Shown: positions 21,001 through 31,246, numbered from the whole stretch's first letter. The stretch: 63,635 bases of DNA, filler included, from Myxococcota bacterium (GCA_023150835.1; 4 parts of 4 records of this genome joined end to end with filler, not necessarily neighbours in it); one strand, 5' to 3'. The notes: generated from the letters alone by a model not told the origin. A program made the numbers and translations.

Positions 21001-23707
21001 CGATCCAAACGACACTCAGACATGGAAACTCACCAAAGGCCCCGCAGATGCGCAGATCAATCCGCAAACAGGCGAGGTGACATGGACCTCCAAAACAGGC
21101 GATGCCAACAAAGAGATCGATTTTGAGATCGAAGTCTGCGACGCTGCGGGAGCTTGCACCCGTCAATCGTGGAAAACCAAAGTCAACAACGTCAACGATC
21201 CGCCTGTGATCACTTCTTCTGCCCCCACCGAAGCCTTTGTCGGGCGCGGGATGAACTACAAACCAACCGTCACAGATCCCGATACAGGCGACACCCACAC
21301 ATGGAAGATCACCAAAGGCCCCGCAGGAGCCACCCTCGATCCCGCAACGGGCGAGATCAAATGGACTCCCGCAACCGCTGATGCCGGAAAAGACTTCGAG
21401 TTTATCGTCGAAGTCTGCGACAACGGCACGCCCCCACGCTGTTCTACCCAAACCTTCAAGGTCAAAGCCAAGCTACCTTGCGTCGTCGACATCGACTGCC
21501 CAACAGGCGAGATCTGTAGTGATGGCGCTTGCATCCCTGCTGGATGCGCCTCTCAAACACCCCAATGTGCGGCCTCAACCAACGTCTGCCTCAAGTCTCA
21601 GTGCGTCGCCGACCCTTGCGCAAACAAGACCTGCGCGGCTGGCGAGATCTGCCGTCCCACCGATGGTTTGTGCATCAAGCCTTGCGCGGGTGTCACTTGC
21701 CCCCAAGGCGAAGTCTGCGTCGATGGAACCTGTGCAACCGATGCTTGCGTCGCTGTTGGAAAAACCTGCGCCACAGACGAGATCTGCGACGGCAGCAACG
21801 GCCAAAATCCGCAATGTATCAAAAACCCTTGCAACGCCACTTCTTGTCGTTTTGGCCGTGTCTGTTCGCAAGGCTCGTGCGTCGATGATCCCTGCCCGAA
21901 GATGGCCTGCCCCGATCCCTCAGGGCAACGCTGCGTCGCAGGACAGTGCATCGACCGCCAGACCTGTAAGGTCGATCTCGATTGCCCTTCTGCCGAGATC
22001 TGCGTCACGGGCCGTTGTGTGCCTTCGGGATGCCACACCCAAACCCCCGTCTGTCCCCAAGCCAACCAGCTCTGTCTCGATGGCGGATGCAAGGACAACA
22101 CTTGCATCACTTCTAGCGGAGCAAGCCCTTGTGCCAATGACGAATACTGTCGTCCCGTCGATGGAAAGTGCGCAAAACCTTGCGCCACCGTCCAATGCCC
22201 GACAGGGCAGCGTTGTGTCGATGGTGGCTGTCAAGCCGATCCTTGCGCCAATGTCCAATGTTCTGCGGGCCAAGTCTGTATCGCAGGGCAATGTCAACCC
22301 GATAACTGCAATGCCTCAAACGTCTGCAAACACGGGCGGATCTGCCGTTCAGACACCAACACCTGCGCCAGTGATCCTTGTGGTGGTGTCACCTGCCCCG
22401 ACAATCGGCAGGTGTGCAGCCTCGGCCAATGTACCGCCCCTCCCACTTGCACCTTTGACAAAAATTGCCCCAACAACGCGCTCTGTGTGGGCGGAAAATG
22501 CGTCCCTTCCAACTGCGATCCCAACACGCCTTGCCCCCAAGGAAAGCTTTGTAACAACGGGACTTGTCTCGAAGATCCTTGCACCAGCGTCACCTGCCCC
22601 ACCGATCAGGTCTGCAAAGCGGGAACCTGCGTCGGAAGCTGCTTTGGCGTCTTTTGCCCCAAAGGACAGATCTGCTCCAACGGACAATGCAACCTTGATC
22701 CTTGTGCCTCCATTCAATGTGCCCAAGGCGAAGTCTGTAAGGGCGGTATCTGCACGCCCAACACCTGCCAAAGCGACTCTTGCAAGCAGGGGCGGTTGTG
22801 CGAAGTCAACCGCTGCACCGACGATCCTTGCAACGGCTTGCGTTGTCCGACAGGAAGCACCTGTCAAAACGGTCAATGCGTCGGAGACAAACCTTGCAAA
22901 AATGACGCTGGCTGCGGTGGTGACGGTGTTTGCATTCAAAAGATCTGCAAAGACCCGGGATGCTACCGCGACGGCTGCCCCCAAACAAAGCTGTGTTTGG
23001 CCGGGCAATGTGTGGACGATCCTTGTGCTGCCAAGCAATGCGCAACAGGTGAACGCTGTCGCCCCGCAGATGCTGCGTGCGTCAAAGACTGCCCCGCTTG
23101 CCCCGCTGGACAGCGCTGCACCAACGGCCTGTGCGAAGCGGATCCTTGCGCGAGTGTGACCTGCAAAGACGGTGAGCGCTGTGTCAACGGGACTTGTGTC
23201 ACCGACGCCTGCACCAATCCCAACGCCAAACTCTGCAAGTTCCAGCGCGCTTGTGACGCCGAAACGTGCAGCGACGACCTTTGCCTCGGTTTGCAATGCG
23301 CAGCCAACCAAACTTGTCGTGCAGGGATCTGTGTCGATTCTACAGGCACCACCGAAGGCACCACCGAAGGCATCACCGAAGGCATCACCGAAGGCACCAC
23401 CGAAAGCACCACCGAACCGATCTCTGACGCCTCGGAGTCTACGAGCGAAACCACTTCCGAACCGTCCAGCGAAACCACTTCGGAACCATCAAGCGACGGC
23501 ACGTTGCCCGACGGAACCACCAACACCGAAGATTCTACAGGCGACAAGACCGTCGCAGAATCGGGCGCTGATAACGCCCAAGGCGATACTGGCGCAGGTA
23601 TCGTCGGCGGTGGTTGCAATTGCAGCACCTCCACGCCTTCTGCATCATGGTTCTTTGGTTTGTTCTGCCTGCTCTTGCTTTCTCTTCGCCGTCGTCTCCG
23701 CTCCTGA
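18038..23707 (+). CDS. Large MYXO-CTERM-anchored adhesin-like protein (FN3, lectin/TSP-C-like domains, Ig/cadherin-like repeats, Cys-rich repeats)
   Basis: Signal peptide; DDDVIGVVVRY (TSP_C-like); repeated N.PP.I.S.P...D.D.GD...I.WTP units; DPC..V.C repeats; S/T/E linker; GGGCNCS-hydrophobic-RRR tail. Confidence 0.88.
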   Translation: MRFGLSFWGAYCALVLGGVGVAHAQTPLPPTNLQAQFQRNGNYTDLQWRMQGRYQVAADLRLNSQYNFPVAEVLGSWDQQGGSWSVNGAVLSQISAGLSPVFRAWPGGLAMRDYDFSVRVRSSVLTGFVGVAFRFSNANNSYYVAIEPLRVALYRRVNGTDTLLAQQAAIRAVNTWYLVRVSPQGTTLRATVGSITLSATDNSHPEGSVALISSGITSDFTGPTTELELRNSGGMVRFTPTQLFSGWTRFGVGTWAVSPNGYELRQSINTPEDTGYFNPKHTTLRDYTYIQQMRIDPLNDDDVIGVVVRYTQNQATPHRFTAYLFEWNRGGAGGVPNRRLVRVTNGGYGTHGGTWPRINHTVLFSDNVTWVGSTWYTIRVTVLGQRIRIWINGVLWADYTDNNSAWIQQGAAGPLNWSNPNYNTRHFTLYYANDVFANATATTPAISDITSSYARLNTTNVSTLLTTPITTWATTNDIPLAFLSVDQYRVVFEDPSTFEGLISPDGVASTPTDGSAFAYGRQRAGTLRYHVYRNNTRLTTTPVTTQTYRDTYTACIPAPNTTYNYQVTALNPANNESGRSNTASITTANDPPTISGVPDQSGAHGTSWTLDLTPYINDPNAAKNTLVITENSAFVTVSGQTLTFLYPAASGVTAENVILTVTDCHGAQASQTIRVTLQNRPPVFTTTAPNAATEKATYVYDANANDPDTGDVVNYKLTQGPATATIDPTTGRVSWTPTNADSGKTLTFEIEACDNRTPPACTRQTWQVTVSNVNDPPTITSTPPTTATEDQLYTYQVTATDPDTGDTLNYKLKTAPSTATIDPNTGAIRWTPGDADAGKDIDFEVEVCDKAGACVTQSWKTKVTNVNDPPVISSTPPASATEDQAYTYEPTVADPDPNDTHTWKFKKSPTGATIDPATGKINWTPGDADAGKDVDFEIEVCDAAGVCVSQSWKTKVNNVNDPPVITSTPPPTTDEGTAFSYKPTATDPDPNDTQTWKLTKGPADAQINPQTGEVTWTSKTGDANKEIDFEIEVCDAAGACTRQSWKTKVNNVNDPPVITSSAPTEAFVGRGMNYKPTVTDPDTGDTHTWKITKGPAGATLDPATGEIKWTPATADAGKDFEFIVEVCDNGTPPRCSTQTFKVKAKLPCVVDIDCPTGEICSDGACIPAGCASQTPQCAASTNVCLKSQCVADPCANKTCAAGEICRPTDGLCIKPCAGVTCPQGEVCVDGTCATDACVAVGKTCATDEICDGSNGQNPQCIKNPCNATSCRFGRVCSQGSCVDDPCPKMACPDPSGQRCVAGQCIDRQTCKVDLDCPSAEICVTGRCVPSGCHTQTPVCPQANQLCLDGGCKDNTCITSSGASPCANDEYCRPVDGKCAKPCATVQCPTGQRCVDGGCQADPCANVQCSAGQVCIAGQCQPDNCNASNVCKHGRICRSDTNTCASDPCGGVTCPDNRQVCSLGQCTAPPTCTFDKNCPNNALCVGGKCVPSNCDPNTPCPQGKLCNNGTCLEDPCTSVTCPTDQVCKAGTCVGSCFGVFCPKGQICSNGQCNLDPCASIQCAQGEVCKGGICTPNTCQSDSCKQGRLCEVNRCTDDPCNGLRCPTGSTCQNGQCVGDKPCKNDAGCGGDGVCIQKICKDPGCYRDGCPQTKLCLAGQCVDDPCAAKQCATGERCRPADAACVKDCPACPAGQRCTNGLCEADPCASVTCKDGERCVNGTCVTDACTNPNAKLCKFQRACDAETCSDDLCLGLQCAANQTCRAGICVDSTGTTEGTTEGITEGITEGTTESTTEPISDASESTSETTSEPSSETTSEPSSDGTLPDGTTNTEDSTGDKTVAESGADNAQGDTGAGIVGGGCNCSTSTPSASWFFGLFCLLLLSLRRRLRS

Positions 23708-23741
23708 TCTCTCCTCTCTCTGTCTCGTCGATCCTCGCAAA

Positions 23742-23988
23742 CATGGCATTTTGTATGCCCTCCCCCACCGAAAAGCCATCTGAGATGGCATTTTGTATGG
23801 CCTTCCCCATTGAAAAGCGATCTGATACAAAATCCACAGGGCGCGTGATCGTAAAAACGTAGGGGCAGCCCCCCGTGGCTGCCCAATAATCCGGCGTTTA
23901 CATACGACCCTTTGTGTACACATCACTCGGATATCGTATGAGATGGCGTTTTGTATGCCCTCCCCCATCGAAAAGCGATCTGATATGG
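23742..23988. repeat. MITE-like element (23823-23941) with GTAG-REP, flanked by ~42-bp GAGATGGC..TTTTGTATGCC..CCCC..GAAAAGCGATCTGA units
   Basis: TIRs TGATACAAAATCC / GGATATCGTATGA; REP at 23859-23884; three flanking units. Confidence 0.75.
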
Positions 23989-24110
23989 CGTTGGGTGTGG
24001 GTTGTTTTTTGCTTGCGGCACTGGTAGACGCAGAAGGGAAGCGATGTCGAAGAGTACCGCGATGGAAAAAGAAGCGACGTTGTGATGGAACGAGGAGCGG
24101 CGTAGGGCGG

Positions 24111-27100
24111 ATGTTTTTTCTTCATGCGGGTTTGTGGTTGGATCGATTGGTTTTGTGGGCGGAGACGAAAACAGAGGAGTGTCCGACGAATGCGCGTGTT
24201 TGGGAAGATCGGTCGCGAGGCAAGAAGTGGTGGCTGCATCCGTATGCAGCGGAGTCAAAAGAACTGTTAAAGAGTGCAAAACACGGTGCGTTGGGGAGGT
24301 TTTTGGTGGGGAGCGAGGTGGAGATGTTGTGTGCATGGTTGCCGACACGACAGAACCTTCCGCTGCCATCGCAGGCGCGGGTGTTGGGGACTTTTCCGAG
24401 AGAGGGGGTGGTGGAACTGCGCCCTTGGTGTGTGGATGTTTTGGTGTTGGATGGATTGAAGGGGTGGTCTTTCTTGCAGCATCTGCAAGCGGGTGGTGAG
24501 TTGGGCGGGGATATCTGGCCCTCGGCGGAGATCTCGCAGATAGGGCGAGTGGTGGGGGTGGTGGGGCGCTTGTTGGCCCAACAGCGGTTTGTTCCGACGC
24601 TTTCGTTGGAGGAGGAAGAGAGGGCGGTATGGTCTCCGTTGTTGTATCGTGGGGATAAGGCTTTTGGAGAGTTGAAACGATCGCTGCCGGCGGTTTTTTT
24701 TGCGCTTTCGGAGATGGAGGAGGATGCAGCGCCCGAAGTGGATCGGTATGCGTGTTTGGGGCGGTGGGTGGGGCGTTATGTGGACTGGTGCGTGCATACC
24801 TTGGCTGAAAAGATCGTGGATCTGCCGAAGGAGCCGAACGAAGAGGTGGAGATCTTGCCGAGGGTTCGGACAGGGGGGAGAGGGCGAGGGCCTGCCACAA
24901 GAAAGCAGTCAACGCAGCGGGCGGTTCAAAGCGGAGAAGAGGTGGAGATCTTGCCGAGGGTTCGGACGGGGGGGAGAGGGCGAGGGCCTGCCACAAGAAA
25001 GCAGTCAACGCAGCGGGCGGTTCAAAGCGGAGACGAGCGGGTCCACGAGCGCTGGTTGCGAGGGCTGTGCCGCTCGGCGTACCAAATCAAGGGGACAGTG
25101 AATGAGTTGGGTTCGTTAAAGAGCCAAGCGGAGACATGGGTGCGCCCGTTGCGGATCGCCGCGTCGTCTTCGTACCGTTTGGTGTTTCAGTTGGTGTCCC
25201 CAGACGAAGCGGATCTGTGGAGAGAGCCGGCAGAACAGCGAGAAGGATGGGAGGAAGCTGAACGGTCAGGCGAGCGGGGAGTGGAGACATCGGGGGGATG
25301 GTCTTTTTCGAGCGCTTCTTTGGAAGAAGAGATCGAAGAGGCGGAGGATTGGACGTTGCGGTTGTTGGCGCGGCATCAAGAGGAACACAGTACGTTGTTG
25401 CCGTTGTCGCGTTTGGTTCAAGAAGATGCGGGAGCTTATGAGTATGCGTTGAGCGCGCTTGGACGGGCGACGCGGCTTGATCCGCAGTTCACGAAGCTGT
25501 TGGAACGAGCCGAAGAGATCGATCGATTGAAGCTGAGCACAGAAGAAGCTGCGCACTTTTTGACGGTGGTTGCGGAGATGTTGCAGCGTTCGGATGTGGA
25601 AGTGCTGTTGCCGTCGTGGTGGCGAACGGGGATCCAAGAGCGGTTGAGGACCAAGATCCGCGTCGAGACACCGAAGGAAACGGGAGGGGTCTTTTCGCTG
25701 GAGCAGTTGATGCGTTTTCGGTGGGAGGTGGCGCTGGGTGATCAGTCCTTGAGTGTGGAAGAGTTGAAGCGGTTGGCGGCGTTAAAGCGGGAGCTTGTGA
25801 AGATCCGAGGGCGTTGGGTGTTGCTTGATCCCGAAGAACTCAAAGAAGCTGCAAAGCTGTTGCGCTCACGAAAAGAGCAAGCCTCGATCCGCGACTTGCT
25901 GTTTGCATCGTTGGGGATGGAGTCGCCTGAGATGCCGTTGCCTGTGGGAGAGGTGGTGTCGGAGGGCTGGATCGAAGAGATCTTTTCGCAGTTTCAAAAA
26001 GGAGCGTCAGGCTTTGGACCGATGGAAGAACCGCAAGGCTTTGTGGGGAGCTTGCGGCCTTATCAGCGGCGTGGGCTGGCGTGGTTGTGTTGGATGGGGC
26101 GTTGGGGATTGGGGGCTTGTTTGGCCGATGACATGGGGCTAGGAAAAACCATCCAGACGTTGGCGATGTTGCAACACCATCTTTCGCAAACAACGAAGGC
26201 TTCGGAGAAGAAGCCCTCGCTGTTGATCTGTCCGATGTCTGTGCTGGACAACTGGCAACGCGAAGCCATCCGCTTCACACCGAAGCTGCGAACGATGCTG
26301 CATCACGGTGCGTCGCGTCAGACGGGAAGCGAGCTACAGCGAGCGTTAAAGAAAACGGATCTGGTGATCTCGACGTATGGGACGCTGCTTCGTGATATCG
26401 AAAGCTTGTCAAAGATCGCGTGGCGGGTGGTGATCCTCGACGAGGCGCAGGCGATCAAAAACCACCAGACCAAGACTTCGCGTGCTGCGGCTTCTTTGGA
26501 GGCGCAGCAACGGATCTCCCTGACAGGAACGCCCGTCGAAAACCATGTCTTTGATCTGTGGAGCCAGATGCAATTTTTGAATCCGGGCTTGCTCAAAGAT
26601 CGGGCGTGGTTCTCTCGGCACTTTTATGTGCCGATCCAGCTCGAACGCGATCCAAAAGCCAGTCAACGGCTCAAGCGCATCAGCGGCCCGTTTGTGTTGC
26701 GACGGCTAAAAACAGACAAAGATATCATCGACGATCTGCCCGACAAGATCGAGTCCAAGGTGTACTGCCACCTGACCAAAGAACAAGTCGGTCTATACGA
26801 AGCAGCATTAGAGCAGATGACTGTGCGGATCGAGACGACGGAAGATCCGATGCAGCGGCGCGGATTGATCTTGTCGTTGTTGACGCAACTCAAGCAGATC
26901 TGCAACCATCCGGCGCATTTTCTCAAAGAAGGCATCGCGCAAGCCGAACGCTCAGGAAAACTGTTGCAGCTTGATATGTTGGCGGCTCAGATCATTGGGC
27001 GCGGAGAGGCCGTTTTGTTGTTCACGCAGTACACAGAGATGGGCCGTTTGTTGGTGCGTTATCTCGAAGAGCGCTTTCATCGCGATGTGTTGTATCTGCA

Positions 27101-27491
27101 TGGCGAGATCAGTCGAGCAAAACGCACAGAGATGGTGTCTGCGTTCCAAGCTGCCGCAGGACCGCCTTTTTTTGTGCTGTCGTTGAAGGCGGGTGGAACG
27201 GGGCTGAATCTGACGCGAGCGTCGCATGTGGTTCACTTTGATCGGTGGTGGAATCCAGCGGTGGAAAACCAAGCGACCGATCGGGCGTTTCGGATCGGTC
27301 AGACGCAAAAAGTGCAGGTGCATAAGTTCGTTTGTGTGGGTACGTTTGAGGAAAAATTAGACGAAAGCATCGAGCGCAAGGTCTCGATCGCAAAGGATGT
27401 GATCGCAGACGGTGAGACGTGGTTAACCGAGCTTTCGGATAATGCGTTGCGTGAAGTGTTTCGTTTGCGTGGAACCCTTGGAGAAGAATAA
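24111..27491 (+). CDS. SNF2-family helicase/ATPase (SWIM-associated, DUF3670-like)
   Basis: LRPYQ, LADDMGLGKT, DEAQAIKN, LTGTPVEN, SLKAGGTGLNL and QATDRAFRIGQ motifs. Confidence 0.93.
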   Translation: MFFLHAGLWLDRLVLWAETKTEECPTNARVWEDRSRGKKWWLHPYAAESKELLKSAKHGALGRFLVGSEVEMLCAWLPTRQNLPLPSQARVLGTFPREGVVELRPWCVDVLVLDGLKGWSFLQHLQAGGELGGDIWPSAEISQIGRVVGVVGRLLAQQRFVPTLSLEEEERAVWSPLLYRGDKAFGELKRSLPAVFFALSEMEEDAAPEVDRYACLGRWVGRYVDWCVHTLAEKIVDLPKEPNEEVEILPRVRTGGRGRGPATRKQSTQRAVQSGEEVEILPRVRTGGRGRGPATRKQSTQRAVQSGDERVHERWLRGLCRSAYQIKGTVNELGSLKSQAETWVRPLRIAASSSYRLVFQLVSPDEADLWREPAEQREGWEEAERSGERGVETSGGWSFSSASLEEEIEEAEDWTLRLLARHQEEHSTLLPLSRLVQEDAGAYEYALSALGRATRLDPQFTKLLERAEEIDRLKLSTEEAAHFLTVVAEMLQRSDVEVLLPSWWRTGIQERLRTKIRVETPKETGGVFSLEQLMRFRWEVALGDQSLSVEELKRLAALKRELVKIRGRWVLLDPEELKEAAKLLRSRKEQASIRDLLFASLGMESPEMPLPVGEVVSEGWIEEIFSQFQKGASGFGPMEEPQGFVGSLRPYQRRGLAWLCWMGRWGLGACLADDMGLGKTIQTLAMLQHHLSQTTKASEKKPSLLICPMSVLDNWQREAIRFTPKLRTMLHHGASRQTGSELQRALKKTDLVISTYGTLLRDIESLSKIAWRVVILDEAQAIKNHQTKTSRAAASLEAQQRISLTGTPVENHVFDLWSQMQFLNPGLLKDRAWFSRHFYVPIQLERDPKASQRLKRISGPFVLRRLKTDKDIIDDLPDKIESKVYCHLTKEQVGLYEAALEQMTVRIETTEDPMQRRGLILSLLTQLKQICNHPAHFLKEGIAQAERSGKLLQLDMLAAQIIGRGEAVLLFTQYTEMGRLLVRYLEERFHRDVLYLHGEISRAKRTEMVSAFQAAAGPPFFVLSLKAGGTGLNLTRASHVVHFDRWWNPAVENQATDRAFRIGQTQKVQVHKFVCVGTFEEKLDESIERKVSIAKDVIADGETWLTELSDNALREVFRLRGTLGEE

Positions 27492-27494
27492 GTC

Positions 27495-28382
27495 ATGGGA
27501 TTTTGGCAATTCTTTGAGCGATACGCTCCCACAGCCCCGCGAGAAGTGCGGGCAGGGATCAAGGCCAAAAGCAAGCGCGGTGCGATCGGCGAGACCCCTT
27601 GGGCCGAAGCATGGCGCAACGTCCTCGAAAGGCAAGACGATCCGCGCCTCAGTCGGGGGCGTTCGTATGCGCGGCGCGGCCAAGTCTTCGATCTGCACCT
27701 TCAATCGGGGCTTGTGGAAGCCCATGTCCAAGGCTCACGCCCCACACCCTACAAAGTAAAACTCGCCATACGCACGCTGCGAGAAAGCGATTGGACGGTG
27801 GTGTTTGGGATCTTGGCGCGAAACCCGTTGCATGCAGCCAAGCTGTTGGCAGGACAGCCATCGATGGAAATGTTTGAGCTTTTCCGAAAGGCGGGGGTGG
27901 GGATCCTGCCGCTTTTAAGCGATCTGACCTTCTCTTGCAATTGCCCCGACTGGGGCGCTCCGTGTAAGCACGCAGCGGCGGTCTTTTATCTGATCTGCGA
28001 GCGTTTGGACAAAGATCCGTTGTTGCTGTTTTTGTTGCGTGGAAAAGAGCGGGAGGCCGCGTTGTTGGCTTTGCAAAAAAGCGCGCACGAAGAACAGACC
28101 GAATCTGCGACCGTTTGCGAACCGCTGCCGGTTGATCTTGCTCTGTTTTGGGGTGGTGCAGACAACGCAGAGATGCCGACCCCGCCGTTGCTTTTACCCG
28201 AGCAGGGGTTTTGTATGTTGGATTCGCTCGGTGCGTTTCCTTTTTGGCAAGGCGAAGTCGAGATTGTGGAAGCGTTGCGCCCCTTGTATCAGGCGTGTCA
28301 GGAGGTTGGAGTGCATCTTTCTGATGCGCAACAAGGAACGAGTGGTGTAGAACAGGATGATACCGAAGAAGATATCCCATGA
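27495..28382 (+). CDS. SWIM zinc-finger protein
   Basis: RLSRGRSYAR, VQGSRPTPY and CNCPDWGAPCKH motifs; begins 3 nt after the SNF2 stop. Confidence 0.92.
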   Translation: MGFWQFFERYAPTAPREVRAGIKAKSKRGAIGETPWAEAWRNVLERQDDPRLSRGRSYARRGQVFDLHLQSGLVEAHVQGSRPTPYKVKLAIRTLRESDWTVVFGILARNPLHAAKLLAGQPSMEMFELFRKAGVGILPLLSDLTFSCNCPDWGAPCKHAAAVFYLICERLDKDPLLLFLLRGKEREAALLALQKSAHEEQTESATVCEPLPVDLALFWGGADNAEMPTPPLLLPEQGFCMLDSLGAFPFWQGEVEIVEALRPLYQACQEVGVHLSDAQQGTSGVEQDDTEEDIP

Positions 28383-31129
28383 TACGGGAGGTTGAAGAAT
28401 TGATGCGTCCGTCCTGTCTGCAATGCAAAAGAGAACTTGATGAGGAGCTTCCTTTTTGTCCGTGGTGTCGTTTTCCTCGCAAAGTGCTTGCGGGAAAATA
28501 CCGCTTGTTGTCTTTGCTTGGCGAAGGCGGTATGGGCATCTTGTATCATGCCGAACACATCGGCCTTTCGATGGATCGAGACCGCGCCATCAAGTTGATC
28601 CCCGAAGCCCTCTACCAACAGCCTTCGATCGCCAAGCGCTTGCGCCGCGAGATCGAAGTCACTTCCTTTCTGTCCAAAAAGTGCGATCACATCGTCAAAG
28701 TCTACGATGACTTCGGCGAAGAAGACGACATGGGCTTCTTTTATGTGATGGAACTTTTGTCGGGAAAGAGCCTGCGCGATTTTTTGCGACACCACGGATA
28801 CTTGTCTTTCTCTGTGGCGCTGCACTTGTTCGGACAGATCTGTGAAGCCATCCATCTCGCCCACCAACACGAGATCTTGCACCGCGATCTCAAACCCGAA
28901 AATATCTTCCTGATCCAACGCCCCGAAGATCCGCTTTTTGTCAAAGTGATCGATTTTGGCATCTCGCGTTTTCTGCACGATGCCAATACGCAACTTACGC
29001 GTGGAGTCGTCGGAACACCCGTCTATATGGCCCCCGAACAGTTTGGTAGCACCGAAAGCAGCCCACGCACCGACATCTACGCACTCGCGCTGATCTTTTA
29101 CGAGATGCTCACGGGCGCTGTGCCATTTGTTCTTGCCGACGACAGCCCCGTCGCCATCGGCATGAAACGATTGACCGAGCCTCCCCCCCACCTTTCGACC
29201 CATTATCCCTCTTTGCAGATCCCCCACCACGTCAGCGATCTGCTGGTTCAATGCCTGCGCACACACCCGCATCAGCGCCCCGAAAGCGTCGCCGCTCTTT
29301 GGTCCCAACTTGCACCCTTCGCAACACCCGCTGCTGTACTTCGTTTGCCTGATCTTTTTTCGCAAACGCCCACACATCGAGGACTTCCCCTTTCCTCGGG
29401 AGTCCCTGTCGACATGGCTCTCGGCGCTTTGCAAGCACAGCCTCCGCTGGATCCCGCTCAATCCCCACCACCTGCTTCTCCCTTAGAACATCCGCATGGA
29501 TCCAAGTGGCTGCGCGTGTTTTTCGGTGGACTCGCCCTCTGCACAAGCCTTGTTCTCGGTGTCTGGGGAGCTTCATTTGTCGCCAAACGCCTTTCCTCCC
29601 CAATGCCTCGCGCCCTCGCTCCGCTCCATTCCACGCCTCCCTCGCAAATCACGCCTCCCTCGAATCTGCCGAGGCTATCACAACCATCCAATCTACCGAG
29701 TCTATCACAACCATCCAATCTACCGAGTCTATCACAACCATCCAATCTACCGAGTCTATCACAACCATCCAATCTACCGAAGCTATCGCAACCCTCGCAA
29801 ATTACGCCGCCCTCGCAACCCTCACAACCCTCGAATCTGCCGAAGCTATCACAACCCTCGAATCTGCCGAAGCTATCGGGATTGGAAAAGCTGTCGAAGT
29901 TGCAAAAGCTGTCGAAGTTGCAAAAGCTGTCGAAGTTATCGCAACCGACAATCCCCTCGCTGCCCTCGCAACCGACGATCCCATCCCAACAGCCGCAACG
30001 GCCTCCCTCGCCGCCGTCACAACAGCCGCAACGGCTACAATCGCCGCCACAACGGCCACAATCATCGAGGGCGACGGAGCCGTCTGCACCGTGGTTCAGC
30101 GTGTTGCCTGATCCGATACCTGTTCGTCTTCCTACAATGCAAGAGCCTGTGCGAGAACGCCCGATGGTGCGCGTACAAGAGCCTGTGCGAGAACGCCCGA
30201 TGGTGCGCGTACAAGAGCCTGTTGTGGCTCCTCGGGTCGCCACAGATTCGGGAGGGCCGTCGGTTCGTCCCGCGCAGCGGGGGAAGATGCGTGTTGAGCG
30301 CACACGCGAGCAGATCGTGGCGGAGATCGCACGCGAACGAGCCGAGGAAGAACGCCAGATGCGCGCAAAACAGCGGGGCGTGGAAGATGGGCTACCTGCG
30401 CGTTTTGTGACGCCCGTCAAGCCGCCCGAGATGAAAGAGTGGACCGAGGACACCGCAGAACGAGCGCGCTATCAGCACCAAACGGACGATCCTGCGGCGG
30501 ATATCCGCCGAAAGATGGAGATCTACCGATTTTTGTTGATGCGCCGTTATCTTGCCCTCGAAAAGAGCGGATACAGCGATGTGCGCAGCTTTGGTTATTT
30601 TCTTGGCGACATCGAGCGGGTGTGGCAGCGTGCAAAGCAGCATCTTTCGGCGAAGGAGATCGCTGCGTTTGGGGATATCTATGCGCTTTCGATCCTGTTG
30701 AAGATCCGTATGGATGAGGGGTTGCACTATCACAAGTATTGGGCGATCCCGATCCCTGATCTGTATTCCGCAGCGGGTCATGCCGAAAAAATGCACGAGA
30801 TGCTGTTGCGTTGGGAGGCAGCATACAACCAGCATTCTTCGTTGATATCGTCCTTGGCTCCGCGTTGGTGGAGTTGTGCGTTGTTGGATCTTTTGCGAGC
30901 GGGGATCATGAGTTCGCGGTTGATTCGGACTTTTCGGCCATCCCAAGGCGATCAAAAAAAGTGGCCCGATTGGCCTGAGACGATGGTTAACGTCGAGCGA
31001 CGGGAACAAGCCTTGCGCAAGGAGATCAGGCGCCTCTTTTTGGAAAGCAGGCGTTTGCAACGAAAGCACCGCCTGAAGGGATGGGCCTGTTCGGATCTGG
31101 CGGATGCGCTGGGCAAGCACGCACGTTGA
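28379..31129 (+). CDS. Membrane Hanks-type Ser/Thr protein kinase with N-terminal zinc ribbon
   Basis: CLQC/CPWC, LGEGGMG, AIK, HRDLKPEN, DFG, GTPVYMAPE; TM helix; Pro/Ser/Gln repeat linker. Confidence 0.92.
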   Translation: MIREVEELMRPSCLQCKRELDEELPFCPWCRFPRKVLAGKYRLLSLLGEGGMGILYHAEHIGLSMDRDRAIKLIPEALYQQPSIAKRLRREIEVTSFLSKKCDHIVKVYDDFGEEDDMGFFYVMELLSGKSLRDFLRHHGYLSFSVALHLFGQICEAIHLAHQHEILHRDLKPENIFLIQRPEDPLFVKVIDFGISRFLHDANTQLTRGVVGTPVYMAPEQFGSTESSPRTDIYALALIFYEMLTGAVPFVLADDSPVAIGMKRLTEPPPHLSTHYPSLQIPHHVSDLLVQCLRTHPHQRPESVAALWSQLAPFATPAAVLRLPDLFSQTPTHRGLPLSSGVPVDMALGALQAQPPLDPAQSPPPASPLEHPHGSKWLRVFFGGLALCTSLVLGVWGASFVAKRLSSPMPRALAPLHSTPPSQITPPSNLPRLSQPSNLPSLSQPSNLPSLSQPSNLPSLSQPSNLPKLSQPSQITPPSQPSQPSNLPKLSQPSNLPKLSGLEKLSKLQKLSKLQKLSKLSQPTIPSLPSQPTIPSQQPQRPPSPPSQQPQRLQSPPQRPQSSRATEPSAPWFSVLPDPIPVRLPTMQEPVRERPMVRVQEPVRERPMVRVQEPVVAPRVATDSGGPSVRPAQRGKMRVERTREQIVAEIARERAEEERQMRAKQRGVEDGLPARFVTPVKPPEMKEWTEDTAERARYQHQTDDPAADIRRKMEIYRFLLMRRYLALEKSGYSDVRSFGYFLGDIERVWQRAKQHLSAKEIAAFGDIYALSILLKIRMDEGLHYHKYWAIPIPDLYSAAGHAEKMHEMLLRWEAAYNQHSSLISSLAPRWWSCALLDLLRAGIMSSRLIRTFRPSQGDQKKWPDWPETMVNVERREQALRKEIRRLFLESRRLQRKHRLKGWACSDLADALGKHAR

Positions 31130-31246
31130 GGCGGTGGGTCGGGGGTCTCGCGAGGGCTGGCCTTGCGTGTTAGGGCGGCTTGCTCTGTTATGGACTGCGG
31201 GATATCTTTTTAGAGTCAAAACGTTTCTTCTTCATCTATTGGGTGC

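Noticed and set aside
24111..27491. SNF2 gene as Zorya zorD completing zorB'-zorC
   Set aside because: It is on a different contig, has SWIM-associated architecture, and shows no evident C-terminal nuclease domain.
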